A stretch of 63,979 nucleotides of DNA, counting the filler, from Stramenopiles sp. TOSAG23-2 (taxonomy: Eukaryota), in assembly GCA_900128395.1 (NCBI GenBank). It is 47 parts of 47 records of this genome, joined end to end, with 100 filler letters (N's around TTAATTAATTAA, not from the genome) between each part and the next. Parts side by side here need not be neighbours in the genome. Positions count along the whole stretch, not along the records: positions 62,791 to 63,979 come from LT653523.1; 46 more parts are not named here. One strand, written 5' to 3'. The translations under genes were made by a program, and so were the position numbers. Positions 63,652-63,979 of the stretch are shown here, in pieces (positions within the stretch are counted from its first letter, which is position 1; each line of letters starts with the position of its first letter). The notes under the pieces were generated by a model. The model searched no databases and was not told where the DNA came from. It worked only from the letters and a program-made list of their open reading frames with translations.

Positions 63652-63979
63652 ATGGACGACATACCAAATCACTTATCCAACCAACAACCAACCATGAACA
63701 TCGATGCCATCAATACAATTCCTATGAATAATTCAACACCATCAAAAGTACATCAACGTAATAAGACATTTAGTAACATAGAAACGACAATCGACACTAA
63801 TAATACGTCAACAACAGTAGTGAACATAACACGTATGATAATATTTGAATCTGGATTAGTATATGCATCCAATACAAATGGCGATAGTATATTATTAGAA
63901 CCACATTGCATGACATTCACCTTCATATTACATAATGGAATGCATCGTCAACATGTATCGAAATATGCACCAAGGGAAA
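63652..63979 (+). CDS. Hypothetical protein N-terminus, cut by the window end
   Basis: Manual translation MDDIPNHLS...; open to the end. Confidence 0.55.
   Translation, partial: MDDIPNHLSNQQPTMNIDAINTIPMNNSTPSKVHQRNKTFSNIETTIDTNNTSTTVVNITRMIIFESGLVYASNTNGDSILLEPHCMTFTFILHNGMHRQHVSKYAPRE

Overview
This window is not continuous genome. It is about 47 short contigs (one of 4.36 kb, the rest about 1.2 kb) joined by artificial N44-TTAATTAATTAA-N44 six-frame-stop linkers, so no adjacency across a linker is meaningful. Most contigs come from a very AT-rich, intron-poor unicellular eukaryote with poly-Asn proteins. A stramenopile-like single-cell or metagenome assembly is my inference; fold-back and inversion chimeras typical of MDA are present. 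Recognisable host genes include TRAPPC13, LarC, TMTC, SEC14/GOLD, MDH1, a PiT transporter, a selenocysteine GPx, tomosyn/Lgl, DMXL and SNM1-like fragments. Non-host or mobile material: (1) two variants of one undescribed element (4457-5659 and about 55430-56243) that share both flanks and carry arrays of fixed-length (37 nt) palindromic units, only one of them with a phage-type N6-adenine methyltransferase; (2) a giant-virus-like contig encoding an ankyrin/ADP-ribosyltransferase fusion convergent with a Dam methylase; (3) a degraded CRE/SLACS-type RT; (4) a MITE family and a 3'-intergenic repeat family; (5) a GC-rich foreign SCC3 contig ending in Illumina adapter.
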